Program-made: the position numbers and the translations under genes | Source of the DNA: Eledone cirrhosa | Lineage: Eukaryota | NCBI GenBank assembly: GCA_964016885.1 | Contig: OZ024747.1 | Span: 34,038,001 to 34,102,000, forward strand | Reading direction: 5' to 3' | Length of the DNA: 64,000 nt | The notes under the pieces: model-generated | What the model was told of the DNA's origin: nothing | The model's input: only the letters and a program-made list of their open reading frames with translations | Database searches by the model: none | In this document: piece after piece, positions 26,181 through 40,574 of the stretch | Layout of the letters: every line of letters starts with the position of its first letter | Numbering within the stretch: the first letter of the stretch is position 1

Positions 26181-28099
26181 GTTTTTCTCAGTTTATGATT
26201 ACACGATATTATTAATTCTTGTCGCTTATTTAATAGGATATCCTTAGATTTCATTATTTCGAAAAGTTCTTGGGAACACAATCTACATTCATTTCTACTA
26301 TTTTGATAAGGGGTGGCTCTTTTGAGCACACTCCAGTTCAGATCATATTCTATATTCCTCTTTCTATAACTATTAATTTTTTCAGCTAGAGATGTTGTAT
26401 TAGCTAGTGCGGCATTTTTAAAACTATGTTTGTGGGTATTAAATCTTACCTTAAAATTGTTAGAGGTAGCTCCTATATATGAACAAATAGAGTCCTTAGT
26501 GTTAACTTTACATTTATATATTATGTTATTAACAAGGCAATTTCCTTTTAATGGACAGTTTGCCTTGTTTCTACAGTTACAACTTTTCGTGAATCCTGTA
26601 TTTGAGGAGATATTATGGCTAGTGTGATGTACTGGTGGTATACTTATGGTTTTTTTACATTTATATGCATTATAGGCACTTATATTTTGTTTTATGTTTT
26701 TGGTTGTTGAGTAGGAGAATTTAACTGTTGATCTATTTAAGATTTGATGGTGTTTGTGGTTTGGCGGGAAGTTTTTCTCTAGGATATTAAAGAATGTTTT
26801 AGGTATATTATCCTTAACTTGTAAATTAAATGGAGCATTATACCAAGTAACTCGTCTATTACGGTTTCTATGTTGTTTATTGTTTTTATAGGATGCATCC
26901 TGATGTTTACTAGGAGAATTATTGTTAATGACCTCTCCACACACATTTTTAGTTAGATTTATTGATTTAGGTGTTTTAGCTTGTTTATTAGGAGTTTTAT
27001 TATTAACATTTATTAGAGTTGTAGGATGAGTAGTTTTTTGAGAGTTACTATACTGTATATTAGAGGGGTTAGATAAATTTGGTTTTATGTTGGTATTTTG
27101 GGGTATAGTGTGAGTGGCATTTAGGTGTGTACGTTTCATTTGGTGTTTGTTGGTAATATTAGGTTGTATGTTTGTAGTGTTATTGGTAGAAGGTATATAT
27201 TCTAATCTATTTTTGTGGCCACTTCTAGCTAGAGCTTCGTTATAAAAGGTCGCATTTTTATCAAATACATCTTGGTTAGACGAAAGGTTAGAAATTCTAA
27301 GTGATATATTATATGCAAGGTTTTTAAGGATAGATTTAGGGTGATTAGATTGTGAGTGTATGTAGTGTAAATTTGGGTTGGGTTTATGGTAAGGTTGGTA
27401 GATACCCGTAGATAAGTCTAATGTTATATCTAGGAAATTAACTACTTTACTTGTGTTTTCAAATGTAATATCTAGACTATAATAGTCTTTAAGGAAAGTT
27501 CTAATAAGCTTTTTATTTTTTTCTATCTCTGAGAGGCTAAGGTTATTGGACAGAAGAAGACAGTCGTCACGATATAAACCACCTTTAAGGTGGGGAAAGG
27601 AAGCATTTATGTTAAAAAGAAGAAAGAGGCCCACAAGATCAGTAATTTGGGCAGAATCGCTTGAGCCCATAGTAATATCAAATAGATTACTATATGTGTT
27701 TCTGGTCCAGTATTCATTCTGAAATTCCAGTAGTGTTAGTCTAGCATGTGTAATAATATTAATGTCATCCAAAGTTAAGTTAGATCTATTTTTAGCAAAT
27801 ATCAAGGCTTTGTTCAGGAGTATAGGTGATATAGAAGAATAGTAATTATCTATATCAAATTGTAGAAATGAAGCAGAGGATTTATATCTAATATTATTAA
27901 ACCAGTTAATTACCTGGGATGTGTTTTCCCAGAGTGGTAAATTAACATGTTTTCTTATTTGTGGGATGACTCTATCTAAAATTTTTTTACTAATTATTCC
28001 AATATCAGATTTGGAAGGGCATATAAGTCTTATAGAAGGATTAGAGTTAAAGTTTGATTTATGATCTTTCAGGTTGAAGTGTGGTCTTTTCAATGCCAA
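26156..28099 (-). CDS. Naiad-type Penelope-like polyprotein, open for 647 aa (RT, Asn/Thr-rich linker, CxC..CPLxxxC, GIY-YIG, CxxC..CxH); N-terminus frameshifted/truncated
   Basis: NLKDHK, IRLICPSKSDIG, FLQFDIDNYYSSI, ITMGSSDSAQITDLVG, GLYRDD, NFLDI, SNHP, WYNAPF, IIYKC..SYIGAT, CRLC..E, LLNKRQE..SCNH. Confidence 0.9.
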   Translation of the reverse strand: MALKRPHFNLKDHKSNFNSNPSIRLICPSKSDIGIISKKILDRVIPQIRKHVNLPLWENTSQVINWFNNIRYKSSASFLQFDIDNYYSSISPILLNKALIFAKNRSNLTLDDINIITHARLTLLEFQNEYWTRNTYSNLFDITMGSSDSAQITDLVGLFLLFNINASFPHLKGGLYRDDCLLLSNNLSLSEIEKNKKLIRTFLKDYYSLDITFENTSKVVNFLDITLDLSTGIYQPYHKPNPNLHYIHSQSNHPKSILKNLAYNISLRISNLSSNQDVFDKNATFYNEALARSGHKNRLEYIPSTNNTTNIQPNITNKHQMKRTHLNATHTIPQNTNIKPNLSNPSNIQYSNSQKTTHPTTLINVNNKTPNKQAKTPKSINLTKNVCGEVINNNSPSKHQDASYKNNKQHRNRNRRVTWYNAPFNLQVKDNIPKTFFNILEKNFPPNHKHHQILNRSTVKFSYSTTKNIKQNISAYNAYKCKKTISIPPVHHTSHNISSNTGFTKSCNCRNKANCPLKGNCLVNNIIYKCKVNTKDSICSYIGATSNNFKVRFNTHKHSFKNAALANTTSLAEKINSYRKRNIEYDLNWSVLKRATPYQNSRNECRLCSQELFEIMKSKDILLNKRQELIISCNHKLRKTIKYYKPN

Positions 28100-28289
28100 A
28101 GGTCAGTTCTATCTTCAATATTAAGTCTATTCACTATGCTGTGTGTTTTTTTGTTGATGTTGGTAAGTGACGCATTATTTGTTTTTCTATACTTTTTCCT
28201 GAGTTATTTATATATGAACTCATTGTAATTTTCAATATCCATGTGATATAGGTTTCCAGTTTTGTCCGAGTGGACATGGATTTTCTTAG

Positions 28290-28358
<69 letters not shown>

Positions 28359-28415
28359 CATATGTATAATATATATATATATATTATATATTATATATTA
28401 TATGTATATTATATA

Positions 28416-28494
<79 letters not shown>

Positions 28495-28804
28495 TTAACG
28501 TATATGATAAACACGAAATGTGTTTACATTGCAACAGACAAAGTTAGCTATTAATGAAATAAACTAATAAAAGTGAATACAATTTGTCTGTCTCGATACA
28601 AGTCAATAAAGACAAGATTATATTCCTGGAGCTTAATTATTGTAAACGACTGAGAGTTTATTCTCAAAATATAATATAATATATATATATATATATAATT
28701 TATATATATATATATATAGTAATAATAATACATTTGAAGACTAAAATCCAAAGAGGGTTCGATAAAGATAAATATATATCAAATATATAAGAACCGTAGA
28801 GCAA

Positions 28805-28956
28805 ATATTTATTAAAATAACAGATTAAAGTTTAAGCAAAGAATCGCTGCTTTCACCGTTAACAGCATCTTCTGAAACTCTGAGTTTCAGAATATCCCGT
28901 TAAGGGTGAAAGCAGCGATTCTTTGCTTAAACTTTAATCTGTTATTTTAATAAATA
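28805..28956. repeat. ~150-bp hairpin, degenerate HHR-like arms
   Basis: TATTTATTAAAATAACAG...TTCTGAAACTC-T-GAGTTTCAGAA...CTGTTATTTTAATAAATA. Related pieces at 14470-14560 and 51720-51790. Confidence 0.8.
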
Positions 28957-28969
28957 TATATATATATAT

Positions 28970-30175
<1,206 letters not shown>

Positions 30176-30184
30176 TTTATATAT

Positions 30185-31498
30185 ACATATTATACGATGG
30201 CTCCAAACTCGTATTCAATCATTGCCATCGCTGATAAAAGTGTGAGGCCTGAATGTGGCTCTTTAAACCACCCAAATACTTGCACCCTCTGGCATATATA
30301 TGGCAACAGTAGGCTCCTCCGGGACCTTCCATTACTTGGTTCTCGCTGTGTTCTCATGTGTCTTTTGTGATCTCCCATGCTAGCACATTCATTGCCACAT
30401 TCCTTACACCTTTACAGATCATATCTATATGAGGTCTACTGATATGACTTTTTTCGTTTCTAATCAAACCAGCTTAACTCAGGTAGACTCGACCACAGTG
30501 CTCGCAAACCAGATTATGTTCAACAGCAGGCAGGCAGTTCAGAATAATCTCCTTTCTTTACCTTTCTTTTCAGTGTAAGGTGTTCTCTCCGATGAGTTTC
30601 AAAATGTTCACTACCTGACTTGATCAAACGTCTCCACTTCACTCACTCATCTGCCATTTTCTCCCATTTGTCAGATCAAATTCCAGCACAAACCAAGGTT
30701 CCCCTGACACAGTCCCAGTACCGCATTTTTGATTTGTGTGGTGGTCGCGTTCATCACACAGTTCTCCTTAGAGAAGTTGCTTTGGAATGCGATCATCAGA
30801 CATGCAGACCACGTGTCCACACAACCTCAACCGATGCCGAAATATCATGCTCTCTATAGTCACCCACCTGCTCCGTACGAGAACTTCCAAATCACTGACG
30901 AACATTTTCCATCGCACCCCAAGTAACTTACGAAGTGATTGTTCGTGAACTCTCTGCAGTTCCTTGGTGTGCTTTCTGTATGTGACCCATGTTTCACAAG
31001 CATAAAGCAAATAGAAGACGACACAAGTCAAATACACTTTCACCTTGGTTTCGATATTGATACCTCGTTGGGACCATAACTGTTCATGCAGCCATCCAAA
31101 AGCATCACTGGCTTTCTTGATTCTTAAGCATATCTCATTATCCAGTATTCACAAATTGTTCAGCGTACTAGCAAGGTACAGAAACTTGTCAGCAACATTT
31201 AGCCACTTCCGTACAGAGACATACTTGGTGTAGTGTGCTCTTTTCCAGGTGGTGACTGATACATTACAACATTCTTTTCGAAGCTTACTCTGAGGCCCAA
31301 AGTGCTGCAAGCTTCAGAAAATGAGTTCATAACTTGCGGCATGTCACTTTGTGAGTGTGCAAAAATATCGTAGTTATCTGCATACAAAAACTCTCGGATA
31401 ATAGGTGTTAATACCTTTGTGCTTGCACCAAAGCGCGTGATGTTGAACAACCTTCCCAAAGTGCGATACCTGATGTAAACCCCATGCGAACAATTCTT

Positions 31499-31500
<2 letters not shown>
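30185..31500 (-). mobile_element. RTE-clade (BovB-like) LINE, 5'-truncated and degraded
   Basis: GRLFNITRF...IREFLYADN, ACSTLGLRVS, KVY..VV..LLYACETW, RLRLCGHV..MSDDRIPKQLL; C2H2-like motifs near the 3' end. Confidence 0.88.
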
Positions 31501-31533
<33 letters not shown>

Positions 31534-31677
31534 ATAGTAGAAAGGAAAACGATTCTTTGAGTAGAAAATGTTGAAGAGACTCTTTTTCAGAGAGATATTA
31601 AAACATTAATTTATTTACCATACCGGTTTCAGATTGTTAAGTTGCAGATTTGTACAAATAGTGATAATAGTAATAAT

Positions 31678-31826
31678 AATTGTTTCTACTTTTAGTACAA
31701 GGTCAGCAATTATCCCAGTGTATTACTGGTACTTTATTTTATCGAACCCGTAAAGATGAAAGGCAAAGTTAACCTCGGTGGGATTTGATCTCAGACCATA
31801 AAGGGCCGTAACTCTTTGCTGCAAAG
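31678..31826 (-). mobile_element. Partial tRNA-derived Nin-type SINE
   Basis: Homology to 2024-2213. Confidence 0.8.
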
Positions 31827-31961
31827 ATAATAGTAATAATAATGATGAAGGCAATGGAAATAAAATAAAAAGGGGAAGAAAAAAAATTGCTTAATTCTTA
31901 TATACATGTTCTTACAGAGCAGGCATTTCTCTGTGTCTGTCCTACTCTGCTTCTATATATA

Positions 31962-32139
31962 TTACGAAGGAAGTATCGTAAGGAACCAGGTGGAGCATAA
32001 CGCATCATAGTACTCGATACTTTGTGTAGTAGAGTGGGTAATAGGAAAAGAGACGTATGAGCTCCGGCCGTTTCGACCGCTAGTTCAGAACTAGCGGTCG
32101 AAACGGCCGAAGCTCAGCCGTAGGGGCCCTGGCTCTTTT

Positions 32140-32142
<3 letters not shown>
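31962..32142 (-). mobile_element. Palindromic HHR mini-element (divergent subfamily)
   Basis: Palindrome centred at ~32087 (GACCGCTAGTTC-A-GAACTAGCGGTC); tail homologous to 1297-1376. Confidence 0.8.
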
Positions 32143-32193
<51 letters not shown>

Positions 32194-32914
32194 ACCATTG
32201 AAGTATGAATGTTGAATTTTTACTAAAGTAGGATGTTTATTGCCGTTTGTTTAAAGTAAATCATGTACATAAAAATATTATTAGTTTTGCCCAGTGGTGA
32301 TTTTTTAACACTGCTCCCTGTTAGTTAGCATATATAATGCTTCGCCCTTGGAAGAATCATTAGGTATGTTGTCAGGGAAAAGGGCATGACCCCAAAAATA
32401 AATTTAGATTTTATTGTCCCTTTTTTTTGCGCAATTAGAACCTCTGAAATTCAAACAAAATGTGAAAGCTATTTTAAAAAGCATAAATAAAATAAAATAA
32501 AATTTGCCATTGGTTTATCAATGAATGAAGAATTTACTTACTCATTTCTGTAATTCAGGAAAGTTTGTTTAAATCTATGTAAGTGTCGTAAATATATACA
32601 CCAGAAACCAAACTCCACTGTCACTGCCTCCATCTCTCCCGATCTCCCCATCGGGAATTCCCATGCAGGTTAATCTTGGAGTAATAATAGTGAAAAAGTG
32701 AAGAATAACATGGTCAACAGTACAAAAAGGGTTTTATTTACAGTATTAACAATTGTTTAGGGTGTCTAAAAATTGCTAATCACTTGAAGTTGTGTCACTC
32801 AATTTTAAATACAATGTATGCCTAATCAAATCATCAGAATAACTGATTAAAATTATACACGGCGTTTGTAATGTACTAGGAAAATTCAAATCACATCAGT
32901 AATAAAGAAAACAA

Positions 32915-33110
32915 GAGAAAAAAGAAAAAAAGAAAAAAGAAAAAAAAAGAAAAAAAAGAAAAAAAAGAAAAAAAAGAAAAAAAAGAAAAAAAAAGAAGAA
33001 AAAAAAGAAAAAAAAGAAGAAAAAAAAGAAAAAAAAGAAAAAAAAGAAAAAAAAGAAAAAAAAAGAAAAAAAAAAGTAAGAGAGAGAGAAAAAGAAAAAA
33101 GAAAAAAAAA
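32915..33110. repeat. (GA7-8)n purine-only repeat
   Basis: GAAAAAAAA units with ~8-9 bp period. Confidence 0.9.
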
Positions 33111-33349
33111 CAAAAAATAATAAGTAAATAAAAATAAATAAGTTAGAATGAAGATGATAAAAATAAGTAAAAAAATATATATGTGTGTGTGAAAAAATGT
33201 CTCTTAACATAATATGATTGTCGAAACCAGTTGTGGCGGCGGTTGTGGTGGTCAAAGTATAAAGATGTGACGTTAGAAATATGATACATCAAACACACAC
33301 ACATGTATTGGTTAAATAATATGAAGAAATAGTACATATATATATAGTC

Positions 33350-33436
<87 letters not shown>

Positions 33437-33438
<2 letters not shown>

Positions 33439-33618
33439 CGAAGGAAGTGTGGTAAGGAACCAGATGAACCATAACGCACCAGAGTACTCAATACTTAGGG
33501 TGGGTAATAGGAAAGTGTTCAAGACCCCGACGGCAGAGCTCAAGCCGTTTCGACGGCTATTTCTGGACTGAAATAACTGTAGAAACGGCTTGAGTTCTGT
33601 CGTCAGGGTCTTGAACAT
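33437..33618 (-). mobile_element. Palindromic HHR mini-element
   Basis: Palindrome 33515-33618 centred at ~33566; tail ends at AACGAAGG next to (TA)n. Confidence 0.8.
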
Positions 33619-34244
33619 ATAGATATATATCGTACGTGCATTTATGTAGTTTGTATTAGAATGTTTGTATCGTAGCGCCATATTAGTATTCATATTCGGG
33701 ATTTTGAATTATTATTTCGTATTAGTTTCGGAATTCTGAATTATTATTTCGTAGTAGTTTCTTTAGTACTTTGGCCCCCTACTTGTTAACCTGTCACTGT
33801 AAGATAGATTTGGTTGATTACTACTAACTCATAAAATTCTTTCACTACAATTCCGTCCCACCTTGTAAACTTTTCTATAGTTTAGCAGTACCAGTGAGAG
33901 ACTTGATGATTGTGGTAAGGGAATAGTAACCAGAAATTGTTTTTTTATAGTTTTAACATTCTTATTATTCTTCTATATATTTACTCCATATTGATTTACT
34001 TATTGTTTCGACTTCCTCCCCCTCTCCCTCCCTAGTATACTTTTTTGACCTCCTGCCCTTAGGATTCTGCTGTAGTTGGCACTATCAACGCACGACTGGG
34101 TTTCCTCCACTCCCTCTCCCTCTTTCTTCTACTGGCAGGTTCAGCTACCCCTTCCTTCCACAAATTGCCATGATAGAATTATGTGTCTCAACAACAAACT
34201 TTTGACCAATCCTTGTGACAATCACTTATACCATATATGGAATT

Positions 34245-34342
34245 ACGCCCTGAGAAGCTCGGCTATTCATGTACCAGGATAAAAATGTTCATTTAGTCCA
34301 GAATTAGCCGTCGAAACGGCTTGAGCTCAGCCGTCGGGGTCC
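34245..34342 (+). ncRNA. Hammerhead-like motif with variant core (also 37755-37852)
   Basis: CTGAGAA-G..CGGCTATTC...GAATTAGCCGTC-GAAA-CGGCT tgagctc AGCCG-TC|GGGGTC. Strong stem III, GUC triplet, weak stem I. Confidence 0.6.
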
Positions 34343-34517
34343 TACTCGTTCCTATTACCCACTCTACTACCCTAAGTATTGAGTACGTTATGGTCTATCT
34401 GGTTCCTTACCACATTTCGTTCGTTATCTAGTTCCTATTCCCGTAGTAGAGCACTTTCCGACCCTACCACGCCGTATCCAGACTCTTCCGCTAAGCTCAA
34501 GTTCTTTCACCCGCACC

Positions 34518-36649
34518 ATGCGAAAACACAACATCGACTTCTCCACCAAGAACATCCCGGTTCCACCGAAAAAACTTTACCTTCGGGTGCTCACGCAAAA
34601 AAATCGACCTATTTGCGAAAAGACTTAGATGGAGAACTTTTTCTACGACAGATATTGCGACAATCAGGACTTCGGTACCAAGGAGAGATTCGGATTTAAT
34701 ACCTACAAATCTCCCCCTCCGAACCCTATGCTCTCACCCTTCGAGAATGACCTTTTCCAACTGGTCAAGAATATTAAATTCAAACCCAGACACAACAGAT
34801 TCCTACAAAAACTCCGTAGCAACTTAACAGAGTATGATAACACCAATGACATCATGGTGCACTCGGATAAAACTGGTAAGCTCTACTTCGTCAATCCCGA
34901 CAGATACCACACACTGATCAGGAGCAGCCTAAACTCCACCTATAAAAAGACTAACCACTGATGCATCGAGGATAAAATCGAGATGGACAACAAATTACCT
35001 CCAGCCTCGGGGTCGCCGACCGCACGGAACCCCTAGATCCACGGACACCCTACTTCACACTGAAGGACCACAAATCCGATTTCGACTGTAAACCTTCTGT
35101 CAGGCTTATAAACCCAACGAAATCCGACATAGGGAGAATCAGTAAAAAAATCCTAAACCGCGTTATATCAAAAGTTAAGCAAAACGCCAGACTTAGCCTA
35201 TGGGTCAACACGCAGGAAGTAATCTCATGGTTCAGCAATATGGAGGACAAACGAGACACACAATTCATCCAGTTTGACATAGAGAGTTACTATGCTTCAA
35301 TTACCTTACCGCTCCTTACGGCTGCCTTGGACTTTGCCGAGACACTTGCGCCCATTACTGACCAGGAAAGAAATATCATCCTCCACGCCAGGAAGACAGT
35401 CCAACTTTTCGACAACTCCAAATGGATAAAGAGAGCTCCCGACGCACCCTTCGACGTCAGCATGGGCGCAACGGATTCGGCTGAGGTCACAGATCTTATA
35501 GGATTATTCCTACTAGTTAAACTCACCGATATGTTTCCTGCATTCGTTGGTGGATTGTACCGTGATGATGGGCTCCTTACCTTTAAAGGGTACAACCCCA
35601 GTAGTACAGACCGGGTCCCTAAACAATTAATCAGCTTCTTTCACGACTGGGGATTTAAAATAACCCTACAAACGTCCCTGACACGAGTAAACTTCCTGGA
35701 CGTTACACTTGATCTCGATAATGACCTGTACTACCCATACAGGAAACCCAACGACAACCTGCACTACATCCACCGCCGGTCAAACCATCCTAGGAACATC
35801 ACCAATAACCTGGTTAAAAACATCTCCCTCCGCATATCTCGTTTGTCCGCTAATGAGCAGATATTCGAGGAACATGCGCCTTATTACAACCAGGCCCTCA
35901 AGCGGAGTGGCTTTCGGGAGGAAATATCCTACTGTCCAGTTCCATTAGCAGAACCAGCAGGCGACACTGCCCCTCACGCAATGTAACATGGTTCAATCCT
36001 CGCCACAACGCCGAGGTGAGAACACCTATCGAGAAAATCTTCTTTAGGCTCATCGAAAAACACTTCCCACTACAACACCGCTAACACAACATAATCAACA
36101 AAAATACCATCAAACTCTCCTACAGCACCACACCTAACTTTGCACAAAGCGTCGTCTCCTCTAACAACAAAAAAATCAACCCTATGGAAGAAATAACCTA
36201 AATAACAGCGGAGAGCCGACCAGGAGGTGATGGATCCATTTTCCCCCTCGACAACAGATGCAGAGATTGTAATGTGATCTACCAGTGCAACGTGAGGACG
36301 GACACCTCCAACAAGCTTATATAGGATTAACCGCATGTGACTTCAAGACCCGGCTATACCAACACAGACTTACTTTCCGAAACACGGCCCGGCGTCAAGC
36401 CAACACACTTTCGGGCCACATCGGGACCTCAAAGATAACAATATTACCTATGATCTCACTTGGAGCTTACTATCCAGAGCCAACTCTTACACGGGAGGAC
36501 GCCATCCGTGCAATTTATGCTCGGAGGAAACTTTACAAATGCTGTTTTCGACAGACCAACTCCTAAACAAGAAAGACGAACTGGTAACTGCATGCAAACA
36601 CATATTGCGTAGGACTTACCTCGCCCTCAAACCCCATAATGTCTCGGGG
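34518..36649 (+). pseudogene. Complete-length Naiad-type ORF with several frameshifts and stops
   Basis: MRKHNIDFSTKNIPVPP..RLRWR.FF, SDKTGKLY, TLKDHK, FIQFDIESYY, VSMGATDSAE, GLYRDDG, NFLDV, VTWFNP, YIGLT, CNLC, LNKKDEL..CKH. Confidence 0.9.
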
Positions 36650-38312
36650 TGGGGGTAGACAAGGGCTGTAACACCCCACTTGCCGACTTTGTAATGGGTA
36701 ACCCCTGCTTGCAATGGTAGACGTAAGATTTTCTATTATATCTTTTTATCGTTTCCGCTATATTTCCTTCTTCACCCCATCCCTGCCTAGTCCTTCCACC
36801 CCAGTTCTCCTTCTTTGTCGTCGTCCTTTTCACTTTCTCGCCCACCCCGAGGCAGCCCTTCGGTCCTTTGTAGCCTCCAACCGCCACCCCCATCCCCTAT
36901 TCTATGATAGAATTGGCCGACTCCGCTTTTTATAGCAGATGTGATAGACCCCAGATACTTGCTTTCTTATCCGATGGCTGCCCCATTTCCGTGCTTTCTA
37001 CTTTTCCTATTGGTATCTCTGCTTTAGTTTCTCGTATAACAGTATTTATTTATTTTTGGGGTGGTGGTGGTGGTGGGGTAGCGGGTGGGGGATTCTGAAT
37101 TAATTTTCCGTATCAAACTTTTCATTTATATCGTACGAGCATTTATGTAGTTTGTATTATAATTTTTATATCGTAGCGGCACCCTTATATATAGTATTAG
37201 TATTCTTTTTCGGGATTCTGAATTATTATTTCGTATTAGTTTCGGAATTCTGAATTATTATTTCGTAGTAGTTTCTTTAGTACTTTGGCCCCCTACTTGT
37301 TGACCTGTCACTGTAAGATAGATTTGGTTGATTACTACTAACTCATAAAATTCTTTCACTACAAATTCCGTCCCACCTAGTAAACTTTTCTATAGTTTAG
37401 CAGTACCAGTGAGAGACTTGATGATTGTGGTAAGGGAATAGTAACCAGAAATTGTTTTTTTTATATTTTTAACATTCTTATCATTCTTCTATATATTTAC
37501 TCCATATTGATTTACTTATTGTTTCGACTTCCTCCCCCTCTCCCTCCCTAGTATACTTTCTTGACCTCCTGCCCTTAGGATCCTGCTGTAGTTGGCACTA
37601 TCAACGCACGACTGGGTTTCATCCACTCCCTCTTTCTTCTACTGGCAGGTTCAGCTACCCCTTCCTTCCACAAATTGCAATGATAGAATTATGTGTCTCA
37701 ACAACAAACTTTTGACCAATCCCTGTGACAATCATTTTTACCATATATGGAATTATCCACTGAGAAGCTCGGCTGTTCATGTACCAGGATAAAAATGTTC
37801 ATTTAGTCCAGAATTAGCCGTCGAAACGGCTGAAGCTCAGCCGTCGGGGTCCTACTCGTTCCTATATATATATAGAATATATCTATCTATATATATATAT
37901 ACATGCATACACACAATCATACATATATACACACGTACATACACACACATACATACAAACATATATATACGCATACATACGCATGCACAAATATAGATAC
38001 ATGTACACACACCTACATACGCACACACAAATAATAAAAAAATATAATAATAAAAATACCGTCACATAAGAATAAAAAATAAATGTAAAAATTATTATAA
38101 AGTTGACAGCGATACAGGCAACAGATAAATGAACAAACACACGTGGTGAGCAATACACACAATTGCACATGCATATATATATATAAATATATATATATAT
38201 ACATATATATATATACATACATATACACAAACACATACAAATACATACACACACATATGTATGTGTGTGAAACTCATTCTTAGATGTATTCATATGAACC
38301 TTGTTTAACTCT

Positions 38313-38388
<76 letters not shown>

Positions 38389-38736
38389 AATACATATATA
38401 TATACATATACACACACATACACACACACATATATATATCAGAAAATACATAAATATTATATATATATATATAAATAAAAATTTGGGAATACGACAAATA
38501 ATAAATAAATAAATAATTAGAAAAAGGTATAAGTGTTTATAGCTGATTTAGAGCACTCAACAAGTTGCTGGAGCAAATGATCTATGAAAATAAGCATTAC
38601 ATCACTGTATGTAATATACACACACATATACATATACATATACATATATATATATATACACAAACACACACACACGCAACCATACAAATACACACATATA
38701 TACATACATATACATACATATACGTATATATATATA

Positions 38737-38845
38737 CAAATCGCGCCGAGGTTAACTTTGCCTTTCATCCTTACGGGGTCGATAAAATAAAGTACCGGTA
38801 ATACACTGGGCAATTGCTGGCCTTGTGCCAAAAGTAGAAACAATT
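38737..38845 (+). mobile_element. 5'-truncated tRNA-derived SINE
   Basis: GCCGAGGTTAACTTTGCCTTTCATCCTTACGGGGTCGATAAAATAAAGTACC...GTAGAAACAATT. Confidence 0.85.
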
Positions 38846-38918
38846 ATATATATACACAAATAAAAAAATTATATAAAAATACACACAAATAAATATACAC
38901 ACGCACACACACACACAT

Positions 38919-38944
<26 letters not shown>

Positions 38945-38951
<7 letters not shown>

Positions 38952-39314
38952 AGATCAAAAGATGGTTAAAGGAGTTCCATATATTTTATTATGCGCATTT
39001 CAAAAACAAACATCATCAAGCAATAATATTTGTGTTTTCATCAGATAAAACAGGAGAACATGATATGAAGGCTAAAAAACACTTGTTGATAGTGCAGTTT
39101 TAAATCAACATGTTGATTTAAAACTGCACCATGAAAACACAAATATTATTGCTTGATGATGTTTGTTTTTGAAATGCGCATAATAAAATATATGGAACTC
39201 CTTTAACCATCTTTTGATCTTATATTATGCATACTCCAGTCCCACAAACTGTAGAGTGCTTCTTATCCGATATCTGCATTGCTTTATTGTACTACAATAA
39301 AACTCACCTCCTAC

Positions 39315-39316
<2 letters not shown>
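38945..39316. mobile_element. Fold-back mini-element of the 14700-19806 Naiad family with intact HHR on the minus arm (38982-39052)
   Basis: Pivot AAATCAAC-AT-GTTGATTT (~39110). Right arm lacks the HHR core start but carries the family 3' end (…CCTCCTACAT). Confidence 0.85.
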
Positions 39317-39345
<29 letters not shown>

Positions 39346-39432
39346 AATACAACAGAAGCATATAAAATACAATTATATACGCACATACATATACATACAG
39401 ATATATATAAACATACATACACACATGCTTAT

Positions 39433-39509
<77 letters not shown>

Positions 39510-40458
39510 TTATAGCACACACACACTTTATCCTACATTATTTCTCACTACTCCATATTCATTTTCATTACTTTTTCACCACTTTTTCATTTATTCTTTA
39601 TTCTTTATTCTCTATTTATTTATTTATTCTCAAATTATACAAATTATATTAATTATGTTATTATATTATTTATTTATTTACTGTTTTCTTCATTTATTGC
39701 CTTATATTTCTTCATATACATGGAAGAACCCCCCACCACCACCACTATGATGGTGGCAGAAGGGATGAAGAAAAAACACACACTGGATACTTCTAAATTA
39801 TTAGCAGCAGCAAGATATAAGCTGACCACAACACCAACAACACTACCAAAATAATGGTAGAGATCAAATGTACTGAACAATAGCAGGCAAAAACACTACA
39901 GGGAGCTTCACCCCAGAAAGAATTCTATAGACTTCTGACTGAGGAATGCTCTCAGAACTGACCAATGGGAAGTTTGACACTTTTTTTTGTTATTTTGTTC
40001 CTTTAACACCTTTTCCCTTCTACCATTTTATCCATTTTAAAGCTAACTCCAACAATAACAACACTTAGAATGAAGAATGTTCTAATAACTGACCAATGAG
40101 AGGAGAAGAGGACCTTTGACACTGAAATTCGTTTGTTTGAATTCATATGACTCCAGTTCCTCAGTGAAATAACAACCCAACAAGAAACTGGGCATATCAG
40201 AGTATTTACAATATTATACACCTAAACAACATATGTACTTGTCTATACCATACTAATTCAAACTGATTGAAGAGGTCACAGCCAAAGATGGATGTCACTG
40301 AAATATATATACCAGTAATAAACGAAGCTAAATTTTAATCATTTGACTATTATTTAAATTTATTTTACACTACTCCGGAGTAACCAAACCAACCTGCGCA
40401 CTTCGTCGAGTGCTGCAGGCTGCATACTGAGGTGTAGGTATACAACCAACATAAACTC

Positions 40459-40574
<116 letters not shown>

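Larger units (their letters stand above)
23845..28295 (-). mobile_element. Naiad-type PLE, 5'-truncated, with long 3' UTR and HHR
   Basis: ORF 26156-28099, 3'-UTR tandem repeats, HHR at 24044-24184, (TA)n at both ends. Confidence 0.85.
33625..37865 (+). mobile_element. Near full-length Naiad-type PLE with ~730-bp direct pseudo-LTRs (33625-34354 / 37127-37865)
   Basis: Direct repeats flank an ORF that begins with the Naiad N-terminal motif; HHR-like motif at the end of each repeat. Confidence 0.92.

Noticed and set aside
34959-34961. In-frame TGA as possible selenocysteine (reported for some Naiads)
   Set aside because: Not at a conserved Cys position, the ORF has other disablements, and no SECIS was recognised. 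CpG decay is more likely.
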